64,000 bases of DNA from Candidatus Tayloriibacteriota bacterium (GTDB lineage Bacteria > Patescibacteriota > Minisyncoccia > Phycocordibacterales > PALSA-1337), in NCBI GenBank assembly GCA_003151615.1, contig PLXZ01000004.1, positions 46,118-110,117 on the forward strand. Reading direction: 5' to 3'. Position 1 is the stretch's first letter. Each line of letters starts with the position of its first letter. The position numbers were made by a program, and so were the translations under genes. The notes under the pieces were generated by a model. The model had not been told where the DNA came from and ran no database searches. It saw only the letters and a list, made by a program, of their open reading frames with translations. Shown here piece by piece: positions 18,139 through 27,852 of this stretch.

Positions 18139-19332
18139 TTACTTAATCTTGCTTCGTCGCAAAAATGCGGGAACTGCACCCCAATCGTCATCGTCGTCTT
18201 TTGCGGCTGATTTTTTTTCGTCGCGGGAGTCCTTTAAATCTTTCGCAGGGGATTCCGTCCGTTCATTCTTCAAATTTGAAGCCTGTGAAGTGGCCATTGA
18301 ATTGTAAATCTTGCCGCGCTTGTCGCCCGCAAGGGAATTATGAGCTTCTCCGGCATTTGATCCGGGGAATATGCTCGTTTCAGGAAAACCGGCCGCGATG
18401 ACCGTGATTTTAATTTCATTTTTCTTGAGCTTGTCGTCGCGAACGGTACCGAATATGACTTTCGCATTCGGATCGATTGATTCGGTAATGACTTTTGCTG
18501 CGTCCTGGATTTCGAACATGGTCAAGTCCTCGCCGCCGGCAATTGAGAATAGCACGCCTTTTGCACCCGTAATTGAAACATCGAGAAGAGGGGAATTGAT
18601 TGCTTTTTTCGCCGCTTCAACCGCGCGGTTTTCGCCTGCGGCCGTGCCGATGCCCATGAGAGCCGGTCCGGAATTTTCCATGACTGCGCGGATGTCGGCA
18701 AAGTCGATATTGATGAGACCCGGAGTAGTGATCAAATCGGAAATGCCTTCAACCGCCTGTCGCAGAATTTCATCGCACATTGCGAATGCATTTTTGACGG
18801 TCGTATTTTTTTCAATTGTGGAAAGAAGGCGGTCGTTTGGAATGACGATGATTGCGTCGACTTCCTTGCGAAGTTCATCGAGCGCCGTTTCGGCGATTTT
18901 GCTGCGCTGCTGGCCTTCGAAGTAGAAAGGTTTTGTGACGATTGCGACAGTGAGAGCGCCGAGTTCTTTCGACGTGCGGGCGACTGAAGGAGAAGCACCC
19001 GAGCATGTTCCGCCGCCCAATCCGCCGGCGATGAAAACCATATCGGCACCTTTGATGACTTCCTGAATGTCTTCTTTTGATTCCTCGACTGCGCGTTTTC
19101 CGATTTCAGGATTCATTCCCGTGCCGAGTCCGCGCGTCAAATTTTTACCGATATGAATTCGTTTTTTTGCGAGAGAGTGGTGGAGGTCCTGCGAGTCCGT
19201 GTTGATAGCAATAAAATCAACCCCTTTGACCTTTGAATTGATCATGTGGTTGACTGCGTTTTTCCCCGAACCTCCGATTCCGAGGACTTTGATGCGGGCA
19301 AAAGCTTCTATTTCCGGTGTGATGTTGGGCAT
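18139..19332 (-). CDS. ftsZ: cell division protein FtsZ
   Basis: GIGGSGKNAVN tubulin signature GGGTG(S/T)G variant; NTDSQ. Confidence 0.95.
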   Translation of the reverse strand: MPNITPEIEAFARIKVLGIGGSGKNAVNHMINSKVKGVDFIAINTDSQDLHHSLAKKRIHIGKNLTRGLGTGMNPEIGKRAVEESKEDIQEVIKGADMVFIAGGLGGGTCSGASPSVARTSKELGALTVAIVTKPFYFEGQQRSKIAETALDELRKEVDAIIVIPNDRLLSTIEKNTTVKNAFAMCDEILRQAVEGISDLITTPGLINIDFADIRAVMENSGPALMGIGTAAGENRAVEAAKKAINSPLLDVSITGAKGVLFSIAGGEDLTMFEIQDAAKVITESIDPNAKVIFGTVRDDKLKKNEIKITVIAAGFPETSIFPGSNAGEAHNSLAGDKRGKIYNSMATSQASNLKNERTESPAKDLKDSRDEKKSAAKDDDDDWGAVPAFLRRSKIK

Positions 19333-19475
19333 GTTATACAGCTATGTCTGGCGACGCCGCGTGGAATATCCACAAAGCGCCTTTTCGCTACTAATCTCTC
19401 GGGCAAACTTGTACCAAACGCTAGTTAGGTCAATGATATCAAAGTGTCTTTAAAAAAGAAAGGGGCGACGCGGTA

Positions 19476-20726
19476 TTACGGAAGAAACTGCCGAATCCAG
19501 CTCGTGAAGCTTTTGAGCGCTGTTCCCGCGGCGCGAGTGCCCGAACCTCCGACAGTGTCGCCGCCTTCCGCGGATGCGCCGAATATACAAAGTCCGTAGG
19601 CCACTGCCCACGTCGCATCGCGGTATGTCTGCTTGTCGCGGGTACGTTCGTTTGAGGATTTTTCAGCGACTCCCGCTGTTTTGTCCGAAGTTTTCGCTGT
19701 GGTCCGTTCCTGCCAATGAATGCTGCCGACGCGTGACGGCAACCGCAATGATGCTCGTGCAAGATCCTCAATCGTGCCGAGCCCCGCGCCGCCGCCGGTG
19801 ATGATGATGCCGGCAGGGAGTAGTCCACTGCGGCTGATTTTTTTTAAATGTGCGTCGATCAATTCGAAAATATCCGACAAACGCGCATCAATGATTTCCT
19901 CCAATTTTTTGCGCGGATACGAACCTCCGGTGATTGCTCCGATTTTGACCTGTTCCGCTTCTTCGAGGGGAACTTTCAAGCCGAGGGCGATATCATTGGT
20001 AATGTCAGTCGAACCGATGGGAAAAACTTCCAGCGATATCGGCATGTTGTTTTCGAATACGGCGATTGACACCGTTTCGGCTCCAATGTTGGCCAAAATA
20101 CAGCCGGCGATTTTCTGCGTTTTGGAAAGCGTGACGAGGCCGGCGGCGACGGGCGCGGCCATGACGTCCTGGACGCGAACGCCGGCCTCTTCGATCGTCG
20201 CGATCAAATCATTCAGATGCCGCTCGAGGCAAGTTATGAAAAGCGTCTTGACTTCGAGTTTGCTCGCCTTCATTCCCTCAGGATTTCCGAGAACCGGCTT
20301 GCTGTCGATTTTATATGAAAGGGGAACCTCGTGAAGGATTTTTCGGTTGACCGTGACGGATGAGGGAAGATCCTTGCGGCACTGGTCGTTTAGTTTTTGC
20401 AAATCAAGGGCCGTGATTTCCGAATCCGCGCGCGAAACGATTATCGAAGAAGTCGAAGTGAAACTGCCGAGGCCGACGCCTCCGACGGAAACGAATGCGC
20501 GCTTTACCTTTGTTTCAGCCCGCTGTTCAGCCTGGTCGAGTGCGGCCCGGACGCTTTTTGCAACTTCGCGTACATTAGTAATGTATCCATGGCGGAGGCC
20601 GCGCGATTCGGCCGTACCCGTACCGATGACTTTAGGATAGCCTCCGTCCTCGCCCGTCGTCGAGATAACCACCTTTACATGGTATGTTCCGATATCGATT
20701 CCGGTGATTGTTTGGAGGCGTGACAT
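19476..20726 (-). CDS. ftsA: cell division protein FtsA
   Basis: Actin-like ATPase; ITGIDIGTYHVKVV N-terminus; directly upstream of ftsZ. Confidence 0.9.
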   Translation of the reverse strand: MSRLQTITGIDIGTYHVKVVISTTGEDGGYPKVIGTGTAESRGLRHGYITNVREVAKSVRAALDQAEQRAETKVKRAFVSVGGVGLGSFTSTSSIIVSRADSEITALDLQKLNDQCRKDLPSSVTVNRKILHEVPLSYKIDSKPVLGNPEGMKASKLEVKTLFITCLERHLNDLIATIEEAGVRVQDVMAAPVAAGLVTLSKTQKIAGCILANIGAETVSIAVFENNMPISLEVFPIGSTDITNDIALGLKVPLEEAEQVKIGAITGGSYPRKKLEEIIDARLSDIFELIDAHLKKISRSGLLPAGIIITGGGAGLGTIEDLARASLRLPSRVGSIHWQERTTAKTSDKTAGVAEKSSNERTRDKQTYRDATWAVAYGLCIFGASAEGGDTVGGSGTRAAGTALKSFTSWIRQFLP

Positions 20727-20733
20727 TGTGGCG

Positions 20734-21108
20734 CTAGACGCCGAATTTCTTGCGGAAGCGGCGCTCTATGCGTTCCATTGTACTACTATGGTCGAATCCT
20801 TTCAAATGCACGCAACCGTGGATAAAGAGGAAGGCCAGAAAATTTTCATACGTCCGGTCGAATTTTTTCGCCTCTTTTTTTGTCTCGGTTAGGCAAATGT
20901 ACATTTCACCCTCATTTTTTGAAAGAGGAAAGCTGAGAATGTCAGTCGGTTTGTTAATATTGCGATACATCCGGTTCAATTTTTTCATGTGCGCCGCGGA
21001 AACGATTGCGAGGGACAGCTCATATTTTTTTCCGAGCACTGAATTTTTTATATTCGAAAAAGCCAAGCGCGGGAGCTTGGCTTTTGTTGTGTTTGAGATC
21101 GAGAGCAT
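20734..21108 (-). CDS. ybeY: rRNA maturation RNase YbeY
   Basis: HGCVHLKGFDH zinc-binding motif. Confidence 0.85.
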   Translation of the reverse strand: MLSISNTTKAKLPRLAFSNIKNSVLGKKYELSLAIVSAAHMKKLNRMYRNINKPTDILSFPLSKNEGEMYICLTETKKEAKKFDRTYENFLAFLFIHGCVHLKGFDHSSTMERIERRFRKKFGV

Positions 21109-21136
21109 TTAAATTTAAACCACTTGGCGCAACTGC

Positions 21137-21382
21137 TTATCGGCTGAAGCGGGCTGGCTTTTCAGGCATCTTTCCGAGTTTGATCAATTCCTTGATATTT
21201 TCCTTGCGCTTGATGCCTTCGAGAGTTTTCATCTTTACTTTGTACGGAGAAAGTACGCGGCTGGCATATCGGATGCCGCGGACGCGTGGCAAAACGCCAG
21301 AGCCCTGGACGCGCTTCGTGAAGCGTCGGAGGACGCTGAGGTTATTTTCGTTGGGATTTCTCGATACTTCTACGTTTGTCAT
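21137..21382 (-). CDS. rpsU: 30S ribosomal protein S21 (start trimmed to internal ATG)
   Basis: VEVSRNPNENNLSVLRRFTKR... lysine/arginine-rich 81-aa protein matching bS21; ATG at 21382. Confidence 0.75.
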   Translation of the reverse strand: MTNVEVSRNPNENNLSVLRRFTKRVQGSGVLPRVRGIRYASRVLSPYKVKMKTLEGIKRKENIKELIKLGKMPEKPARFSR

Positions 21383-21444
21383 GTGCGGGCAATGGTAGCA
21401 TAGGGTCGAAGTCCGCGCAAGTCCGGGCAAACCGAAAACGGAAG

Positions 21445-22716
21445 TTATTTCATCAGTTTCTTCATATGTCCGGCCAGTTCGGTCAAAGGCACCGAATTTT
21501 GGGCATGTGTTTCGGTATCGCGGACGAGAACGCATTTTTCAAGGGCTTCCTTCTGGCCCATAATAATAGTGTAGGGAATATGGTTTTTTTCTATCATTGA
21601 AACTTGGGCGCCGAGGCGGTCCTTCGCCAGCGATTGATAAATCGGAATTTTTGCTTCGCGGAGCAGTTCCAAAACGCCCAGAGACAGCAGTTTCGATTCA
21701 AAACCGAGCTGAACGAACGATATCTGCGGACGGCGGACCTTCTTCACTTCTTTTCGCAAGTCAGCGTGATTGCCTTTTATGAGAAGGGAAAGACCGACGC
21801 CCTGCACTTCGCGCTTCATGCCGATTTTTTTTGCCAGGCCGTCATAGCGGACGCCGATTGCCAAAACGCGGTGGCCGGCGCTTTTTCCACTTTTGTCCGC
21901 AGCAAAATCCTCGTCGATGATTGTGAAAATCGTTTCGGTACAGTATTTTCGGTTGCTGATCAGATTGTTGTTGATGCTGTAGGGGATGTCGAGCTTTTCG
22001 AGATACTCGAGGACTTCCTTGAAATGATTGCGGCTCGCTTCGGTCAAAAACGTCACCGATTTTGGGGCATCCTCATTTGTTTTTTGACATTTCTCATCGG
22101 TGCAGGAAAGGAGGGCGAATGGGTCTTTTTTCAGAAGCTGACGGCATTCGGCGTGCATGTCGTTCAGATTTTTCCGGTAATACGCCGTGAGATCGCGGGT
22201 GAATTTTGCAATTGAATCCTTGTCGCCGATGCTGTTGATTTCCACCGAGATATTTTTGTAACCTTCGTCGGCAAGCATTGCCCGCGCAGTATGGATGAGC
22301 GTCGCTTCCGCGATGCTTTTGCTTGCACCGATGATTTCGAGGTCGGCATAGCGCGGATAGTTGGTTCCCAATTTTTTGATTGTCGAAGAGACGACCTGAG
22401 ATTGTTTTTTGAAGGGATCCTTGAAATAAAACATCACCGGCTGTGTCATGTTCTGCATGTTATTCTCTTCGTACATGCGCAGGAGCGCTACTTTTTCCTC
22501 CACATGAAGCGGCAGATGATTGTGCTGTTCGCGGTCGTCGATGAAGTCGCCTTCGAGAAGCGCCTTTGCGCGGTCAAGGTCGATTTTTTTAATTTCGGGA
22601 CTTTTCGATGGATGAAAACCGTAATGGACGGCTGTTTCGCCGATCTTGTCGAGATGGCTGTGCTCTATGAATCGCGGATCTGTTTTTTTGCTGTTTTTGC
22701 CTTTTGTTTTGCTCAT
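21445..22716 (-). CDS. hisS: histidine--tRNA ligase (divergent, class II)
   Basis: HRVLAIGVRYDGL motif 3 (GGRYDGL), C-terminal anticodon-binding domain; start set at the ATG at 22716 to avoid lepB overlap. Confidence 0.75.
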   Translation of the reverse strand: MSKTKGKNSKKTDPRFIEHSHLDKIGETAVHYGFHPSKSPEIKKIDLDRAKALLEGDFIDDREQHNHLPLHVEEKVALLRMYEENNMQNMTQPVMFYFKDPFKKQSQVVSSTIKKLGTNYPRYADLEIIGASKSIAEATLIHTARAMLADEGYKNISVEINSIGDKDSIAKFTRDLTAYYRKNLNDMHAECRQLLKKDPFALLSCTDEKCQKTNEDAPKSVTFLTEASRNHFKEVLEYLEKLDIPYSINNNLISNRKYCTETIFTIIDEDFAADKSGKSAGHRVLAIGVRYDGLAKKIGMKREVQGVGLSLLIKGNHADLRKEVKKVRRPQISFVQLGFESKLLSLGVLELLREAKIPIYQSLAKDRLGAQVSMIEKNHIPYTIIMGQKEALEKCVLVRDTETHAQNSVPLTELAGHMKKLMK

Positions 22717-22747
22717 GTTTTTTATTGATTTTCCCGCGTATGCCGGC

Positions 22748-23386
22748 CTATTTTCCGAGCACCGTATCGCGGCCGGGAAATACCGCGAGGGTCGACGGCG
22801 GAAGCAGTCGCAAAATCGGCCTGCCGACGATATTCGCGCGCGGAACCGGACCCCAGACGCGCGAGTCGGAACTCTCGTTTCTGTTGTCGCCCATGACGAA
22901 ATATTGGTCGGGACCGAGAGTCGTCGTGTAGTTGTCGTACGAGCGATGCTCGGCAGATACGTATGGTTCCAAGAGGGCAATTCCAGATGAACTGCCTTCC
23001 GGATGCTGCGCATTATATATGGTAACGAGGCCGTTAGTGATTGAAACGGTTTCGCCCGGCAAACCGATGACCCTCTTTATGAAGAAGATGCTCGGATCCT
23101 TCGGATAGCGGAAAATGATCACGTCGCCGCGTGCCGGATTTTCAAAATGATAGCTGAGTTGGTCGACAATCAGGTATTGCCCGTTTGCGAACGTAAAATC
23201 CATGGATTCGCCGGAGACAATGAACGGGTCGGCCACAAAAGTGCGCACCGGAATGATGATGATGAGGGCGATGATGACGAATTTTACGATTTCCCAGAGG
23301 AAATTTTCTTTTTTCGGCGAAGTTTGCTGGGTAACGGGCGGAATCCCGTTCGAATTTTGCTGTAAATTAGTTTCGTCCGGGTTCAT
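22748..23386 (-). CDS. lepB: signal peptidase I
   Basis: SGESMDFTF catalytic Ser box, GDVIIF, GDNRNESSDSRVWG box E. Confidence 0.85.
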   Translation of the reverse strand: MNPDETNLQQNSNGIPPVTQQTSPKKENFLWEIVKFVIIALIIIIPVRTFVADPFIVSGESMDFTFANGQYLIVDQLSYHFENPARGDVIIFRYPKDPSIFFIKRVIGLPGETVSITNGLVTIYNAQHPEGSSSGIALLEPYVSAEHRSYDNYTTTLGPDQYFVMGDNRNESSDSRVWGPVPRANIVGRPILRLLPPSTLAVFPGRDTVLGK

Positions 23387-23512
23387 AGAGTTTTGATTGC
23401 TGAATTATAGTGGCAAAGGTCGCTTGACACAAGACTTCGATGCGTGTCGCAACGCTCTTTATTTATTTCCGCAAAACTTTTTGTTCCGTAATTTTTCATA
23501 TATAATGTGCGC

Positions 23513-24157
23513 ATGTCATTTATTATCGTCGGACTCGGCAATCCTGGTCAGGAATACGAGGGAACGCGGCACAACACCGGTCGCGACATGCTTTTTGCCT
23601 TGGCGAAATCGATCGGAGCGGTTGGGAATGCCGGTGAATTCAAGGCCGATAAAAAAGTGCGGGCGCTTGTTGCGAAGGGCGAAGTCGGAAAAGGCAAAGC
23701 TTCGGAATCCGTCACGCTCATCGCTCCGGAAACTTTCATGAACAAATCGGGATTGTCGGTCGGGCCTTTGATCAACGGAATAGGTGCGGCGACGAAACCG
23801 AATTTGAAGAAAGCCGAAAAACTCATTGTCATTTATGATGACTTTAATTTGCCGATCGGTTCGATCCGAGTTTCATTCAATCGGAGTTCCGGAGGGCACA
23901 ACGGTTTGGAATCGATCATAAAAGCTGTGAAGACCGAAGCATTTATCCGTGTCCGCGTCGGCGTCGCTCCCGAAAAAGCCAACGGCACCGCAAAAGTCCC
24001 GCACGGCGAAAAAGAAATCGAAAAATTCATTCTTTCTCCATTCAAACCGGCCGAAGCCCTCGAACTGAAAAAAGTTTCAAAGCTCGTAATCGGCGCAATC
24101 GAAACCATCATCCTCGAAAGTCGCGAAAAAGCCATGAGTATCTATAATGCAAACTAA
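23513..24157 (+). CDS. pth: peptidyl-tRNA hydrolase
   Basis: MSFIIVGLGNPG...YEGTRHNTG motif; ATG at 23513 preferred over the GTG at 23507. Confidence 0.9.
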   Translation: MSFIIVGLGNPGQEYEGTRHNTGRDMLFALAKSIGAVGNAGEFKADKKVRALVAKGEVGKGKASESVTLIAPETFMNKSGLSVGPLINGIGAATKPNLKKAEKLIVIYDDFNLPIGSIRVSFNRSSGGHNGLESIIKAVKTEAFIRVRVGVAPEKANGTAKVPHGEKEIEKFILSPFKPAEALELKKVSKLVIGAIETIILESREKAMSIYNAN

Positions 24158-24754
24158 ATGAAATATCTCGGCAGGGGATGGCAGTATACAGTTTACGATC
24201 TTGGAAACGGCAAAGTATTGAAAAAATACAATACGCGACTCCAAGCTTATTCGATTATGTTTCGACAGACTTTTCCCTGGACCAGACATCCGATTTGGAA
24301 GTTGCCAAAATATTATAGGGGATGCAGAAATACAGCGCTCGATTCGATTAAGAAAATTAAGGAAACAAAAATGGATACGGCGCTTTTCGGAAATCCTAAA
24401 GTTTTAAACCAACTTGATTACGAACAGGATAAGGCGATCCCCTTGCACGTTTATTTCAAGAAGCTTTCGCTTGATGAAGGCAAGAAAAAGATTGATGAAT
24501 TTATATCGTTAAATCAAAAATTCATTAAAAATCGCCTTATTGATAAAAGTTTTCTCATCGGAAAAAATTACGGTATCAATTCGAAGGGAGAAATAATTCT
24601 CATCGATATCGGAGAATTGTACTCAAGCGATGAATCAATCAAAAGACAAATTGGATTAAAACCCTGGGACATTTATTACGTCACTTCAACAATACCAAAA
24701 AGATTCCGCAGTTACTTTGTTGAAGAAATGAATAAAAATATTGAGTTTTGTTAA
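24158..24754 (+). CDS. hypothetical AT-rich protein with protein-kinase-like glycine loop
   Basis: LGRGWQYTVYDLGNGKVLKK (GxGxxxxV...K) and ILIDIGE (DFG-like) segments; no confident family assignment. Confidence 0.3.
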   Translation: MKYLGRGWQYTVYDLGNGKVLKKYNTRLQAYSIMFRQTFPWTRHPIWKLPKYYRGCRNTALDSIKKIKETKMDTALFGNPKVLNQLDYEQDKAIPLHVYFKKLSLDEGKKKIDEFISLNQKFIKNRLIDKSFLIGKNYGINSKGEIILIDIGELYSSDESIKRQIGLKPWDIYYVTSTIPKRFRSYFVEEMNKNIEFC

Positions 24755-24908
24755 TGGATACGGCGAAGAACATAGAAACAAGAAAACCCATACCACATGT
24801 TGGAGAGGAACTCTCGGAGGACGCGAAGGCGTCTGAGAGTGAGGCAACTCTTCAACAGAAGAGTATGCCGTTTCCTCGAAAACATGTGATATGGGGGTTT
24901 CTTTGACT

Positions 24909-26192
24909 CTATTTCTTTACTGCCGCATCCTTGTTCACAAAACTCAATGCCATCTTCTGATCCTTTGCGTCGAACAGACTGATCTTGAAGGTGTATGTTT
25001 TGCCGAGCTCGAGTGCCTTGCGGAGTTTTTCCTCGGAGCCGAATTCGCTGACATGGACGAGACCTGCGATACCTTCCTCAATCGATGCCAATGCGCCGTG
25101 CTTGTTGAACTTGATGACGACGCCTTCGACGACTTTGTCCTTCTTGTATTTCTTGCCCGCTTCGGTCCAAGGGTTTTCCTTGAGTGCCTTGATCGAGAGG
25201 GAAATCTTGTTTTCCTTTATGTCGATGATTTTTACGCGGACATGGTCGCCGACTTTGTAGAAGAGACGAGGATCCTCAACGAGTGACCAGTCAATTTCGC
25301 TGATATGAACGAGACCTTCGAGGCCGTCCTCGATTTTGACGAATACGCCGAAATCAACGATGCCTGTGACGGTGCCTTCAAACTCATCGCCGACTTTGTA
25401 TTTGCCGACAATCTTTTCCTTGTCCTTGACCTCAGTTCCCGGAGTTTTTTCCGAGAAGATGAGCTTGCCTTCCTTTGGAAGCGCGGAAATAATCGCGACT
25501 GAAATTTTCTTGCCAACGAGTTTTTTCAATTCGTCGAGAATGCGGTCTTTGTCGCCGTCAACCACGCGAGGGTAGTGCTCGGGCTTCAACTGCGAGGCGG
25601 GAAGGAATCCAGAGATGCCCTGCCATGCAATGATGAGTCCGCCCTTGTTTGCTTCGAGAACAGGGAGTTCGAGAATTTTCTTTGACTTGATCGCTTCTTC
25701 AGCTTCGCTCCAGATCAATGCCTGGCGAGCTTCCTTGAGCGACAATTCGATATAACCCTCGGCATTATTCGTGTCGACGACTTTTGCTGCGACGATGTCG
25801 CCGATGGCAATTTTCTTTATGATGTCGCGGGCCGTAATAAATTCCTTTCCGTAGATAATACCGGTGCCGAGAGGGGCGAGGTCGATGTAGACCGCCGACT
25901 TCTCTATATTAATGACCGGACCTTCGACGATGTCGCCCTCGATCGGAGGATTTTTCATTCCTTCGACGAGCTTGCCCATGACGCTGTTTTTCTTCGAAAG
26001 GTTCGCGGCCGTTTCTTCGGCAGATTCCGCTTTCTTCGGGCGCTTTTCTTTTTTCTCTGATTTAACTGTTTGCTTTTCGGTTTTTACTGTTTTTTCGGTA
26101 GCTACTGCTTTTTCTTCTTTAACCTCTGATGCTGTTTCTTTTGTTTCATCTTTCGAGCCTGAAACGAGCTTTTCCTTCAATTTTTTAAACAT
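24909..26192 (-). CDS. rpsA: 30S ribosomal protein S1 (multiple S1 domains, K/E-rich N-terminus)
   Basis: Repeated S1-domain pattern (GDIVEGPVINIE..., GDIVAAKVVD..., GDEFEGTVTGIVDFGVFV). Confidence 0.85.
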   Translation of the reverse strand: MFKKLKEKLVSGSKDETKETASEVKEEKAVATEKTVKTEKQTVKSEKKEKRPKKAESAEETAANLSKKNSVMGKLVEGMKNPPIEGDIVEGPVINIEKSAVYIDLAPLGTGIIYGKEFITARDIIKKIAIGDIVAAKVVDTNNAEGYIELSLKEARQALIWSEAEEAIKSKKILELPVLEANKGGLIIAWQGISGFLPASQLKPEHYPRVVDGDKDRILDELKKLVGKKISVAIISALPKEGKLIFSEKTPGTEVKDKEKIVGKYKVGDEFEGTVTGIVDFGVFVKIEDGLEGLVHISEIDWSLVEDPRLFYKVGDHVRVKIIDIKENKISLSIKALKENPWTEAGKKYKKDKVVEGVVIKFNKHGALASIEEGIAGLVHVSEFGSEEKLRKALELGKTYTFKISLFDAKDQKMALSFVNKDAAVKK

Positions 26193-26291
26193 TTTTTGGT
26201 GCGCCGGTCCGCTTTTTATTAATAAAGCAAATGTTGCGGGGTTACGTGCGCGTCGGGATACTATAGCTTAGCGGGGGAGTTTTGTCTATTT

Positions 26292-27044
26292 TTATAGTTT
26301 TCTCAAATACGCCACCCAAAAATTGCGTTTGTAGGAACGTCCGGCGAATTTCGTGTAGTGGGTTTCTTTTTCAAGATGAAGAATTTCGAAACGCGCATGC
26401 GCAGGTGATGCGGTGGCAACAGGAATCCCACCATTCGTATACGTCGCGATGAAATCTTCGCGGGTGAAGACTCGCTCGGACAGATTCATCTCGGGCAATA
26501 TATATGTGTCGTTTTCGCGGCCGGGATTTGAAACAAGAAGTGCCGCCGCGTTCTTGTCGCCGTCCTTGCAGAGTGCGCGCACGAAAAAATATCCGCCCAT
26601 TTTTAAAATCCTGTGGACTTCACTTACGTAGAGAGTGCGCTCCTTTTCGGAAAGAGAATTCGAAGACGTGACGTCGAGCGCGACGTCAAACGAATGGTCG
26701 GCGAAGGGAAGTGCTTCGCCGATGCTGCGATGCTCGAACGTGGCCTGCGTCGCGCCGATTTTTTCCTGTTCGGCTAATTCGTGCGCGCGAAATCGCGCCT
26801 GTTTCAATGCGGTCTCGGAAATGTCGATGCCGACTACACTATTTCCAAAATCCAACCCCGCGATGTAGTTGCTATTTTTGCCGTTGCCGCAACCGAGGTC
26901 GATAGCGCGTATGTTTTCGAGCGGCAATTTTTGTTCGCGCCGTAGCCAGCGGAGAAAATCCTTCACGGACGTTTGCGGTTCATGACTGCCGGTGACGAGC
27001 CGTGGATTTTGGTATTCCTTCTCCCACACATTTTTTTGCATCAT
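26292..27044 (-). CDS. class I SAM-dependent methyltransferase
   Basis: IDLGCGNGKNS motif I. Confidence 0.75.
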   Translation of the reverse strand: MMQKNVWEKEYQNPRLVTGSHEPQTSVKDFLRWLRREQKLPLENIRAIDLGCGNGKNSNYIAGLDFGNSVVGIDISETALKQARFRAHELAEQEKIGATQATFEHRSIGEALPFADHSFDVALDVTSSNSLSEKERTLYVSEVHRILKMGGYFFVRALCKDGDKNAAALLVSNPGRENDTYILPEMNLSERVFTREDFIATYTNGGIPVATASPAHARFEILHLEKETHYTKFAGRSYKRNFWVAYLRKL

Positions 27045-27210
27045 ATTAGAATAGCAAATCGCCGCAAGTTTGCAATTTTACATTTTATATTGTATAACGT
27101 GCGGAAAGGAAGGTGCGCAGTTCTTTGAGATAGTGTTCGAAATAGTGCCTGAATTGCGGAATTGCGCGTCCAAAACCATAAACCCCAAACGACCCAGGAA
27201 GGAGCGACTC

Positions 27211-27789
27211 TTGAAAAAACCAAGTAAAAACATATTGATAATTACCGGCCCTTCGGGAGTCGGAAAGACGGTTGTTGAAGAGCGGTTATGTTCGGAAGAG
27301 GGTTGCAAAACCTCCGTTTCCGTCACCACCCGCAAACCGCGTCCCGGTGAAATTGACGGAGTCCACTATCATTTCATTTCGCGCCAGATGTTCGAAATAA
27401 TGGTTGCCCGCGACGAATTTTTGGAATGGGCGGAAGTCCACGGCGAATATTACGGCACCCAATTGGGTCCCGTCCTCGACGCTTTGGCTGAAAATTCCGT
27501 CATCATCCTCACCATTGACGTCAAGGGACACAAATCGGTGCGTGCCTACAAGGACGATAAAATAACCAGCCGGATCGTCAGCGTGTTTCTTCTGCCGCCT
27601 TCGATGGAGGAACTCCGGCACCGGCTGTTGGGTCGCGGCGACGTTGATTCGGCTACGGCCCATCGGCGTCTCGAACGCGCAAAGGAAGAGCAAAAGCACG
27701 CCAACGAATTCGATTATCGCGTCGTCGCGTGCAACAAGCAATATACATTTGAACAGCTTTGTCGCATCATCAAGGAGAATGTGCATTGA
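27211..27789 (+). CDS. gmk: guanylate kinase (TTG start)
   Basis: ILIITGPSGVGKT P-loop; GGAAGGAG RBS 8 nt upstream of TTG at 27211. Confidence 0.8.
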   Translation: MKKPSKNILIITGPSGVGKTVVEERLCSEEGCKTSVSVTTRKPRPGEIDGVHYHFISRQMFEIMVARDEFLEWAEVHGEYYGTQLGPVLDALAENSVIILTIDVKGHKSVRAYKDDKITSRIVSVFLLPPSMEELRHRLLGRGDVDSATAHRRLERAKEEQKHANEFDYRVVACNKQYTFEQLCRIIKENVH

Positions 27790-27852
27790 AATGCGGCGAC
27801 AGTGAATTCATGAAATTTACAGCGCTCGGATCGAAAGACTCGGGCGTTTTTT

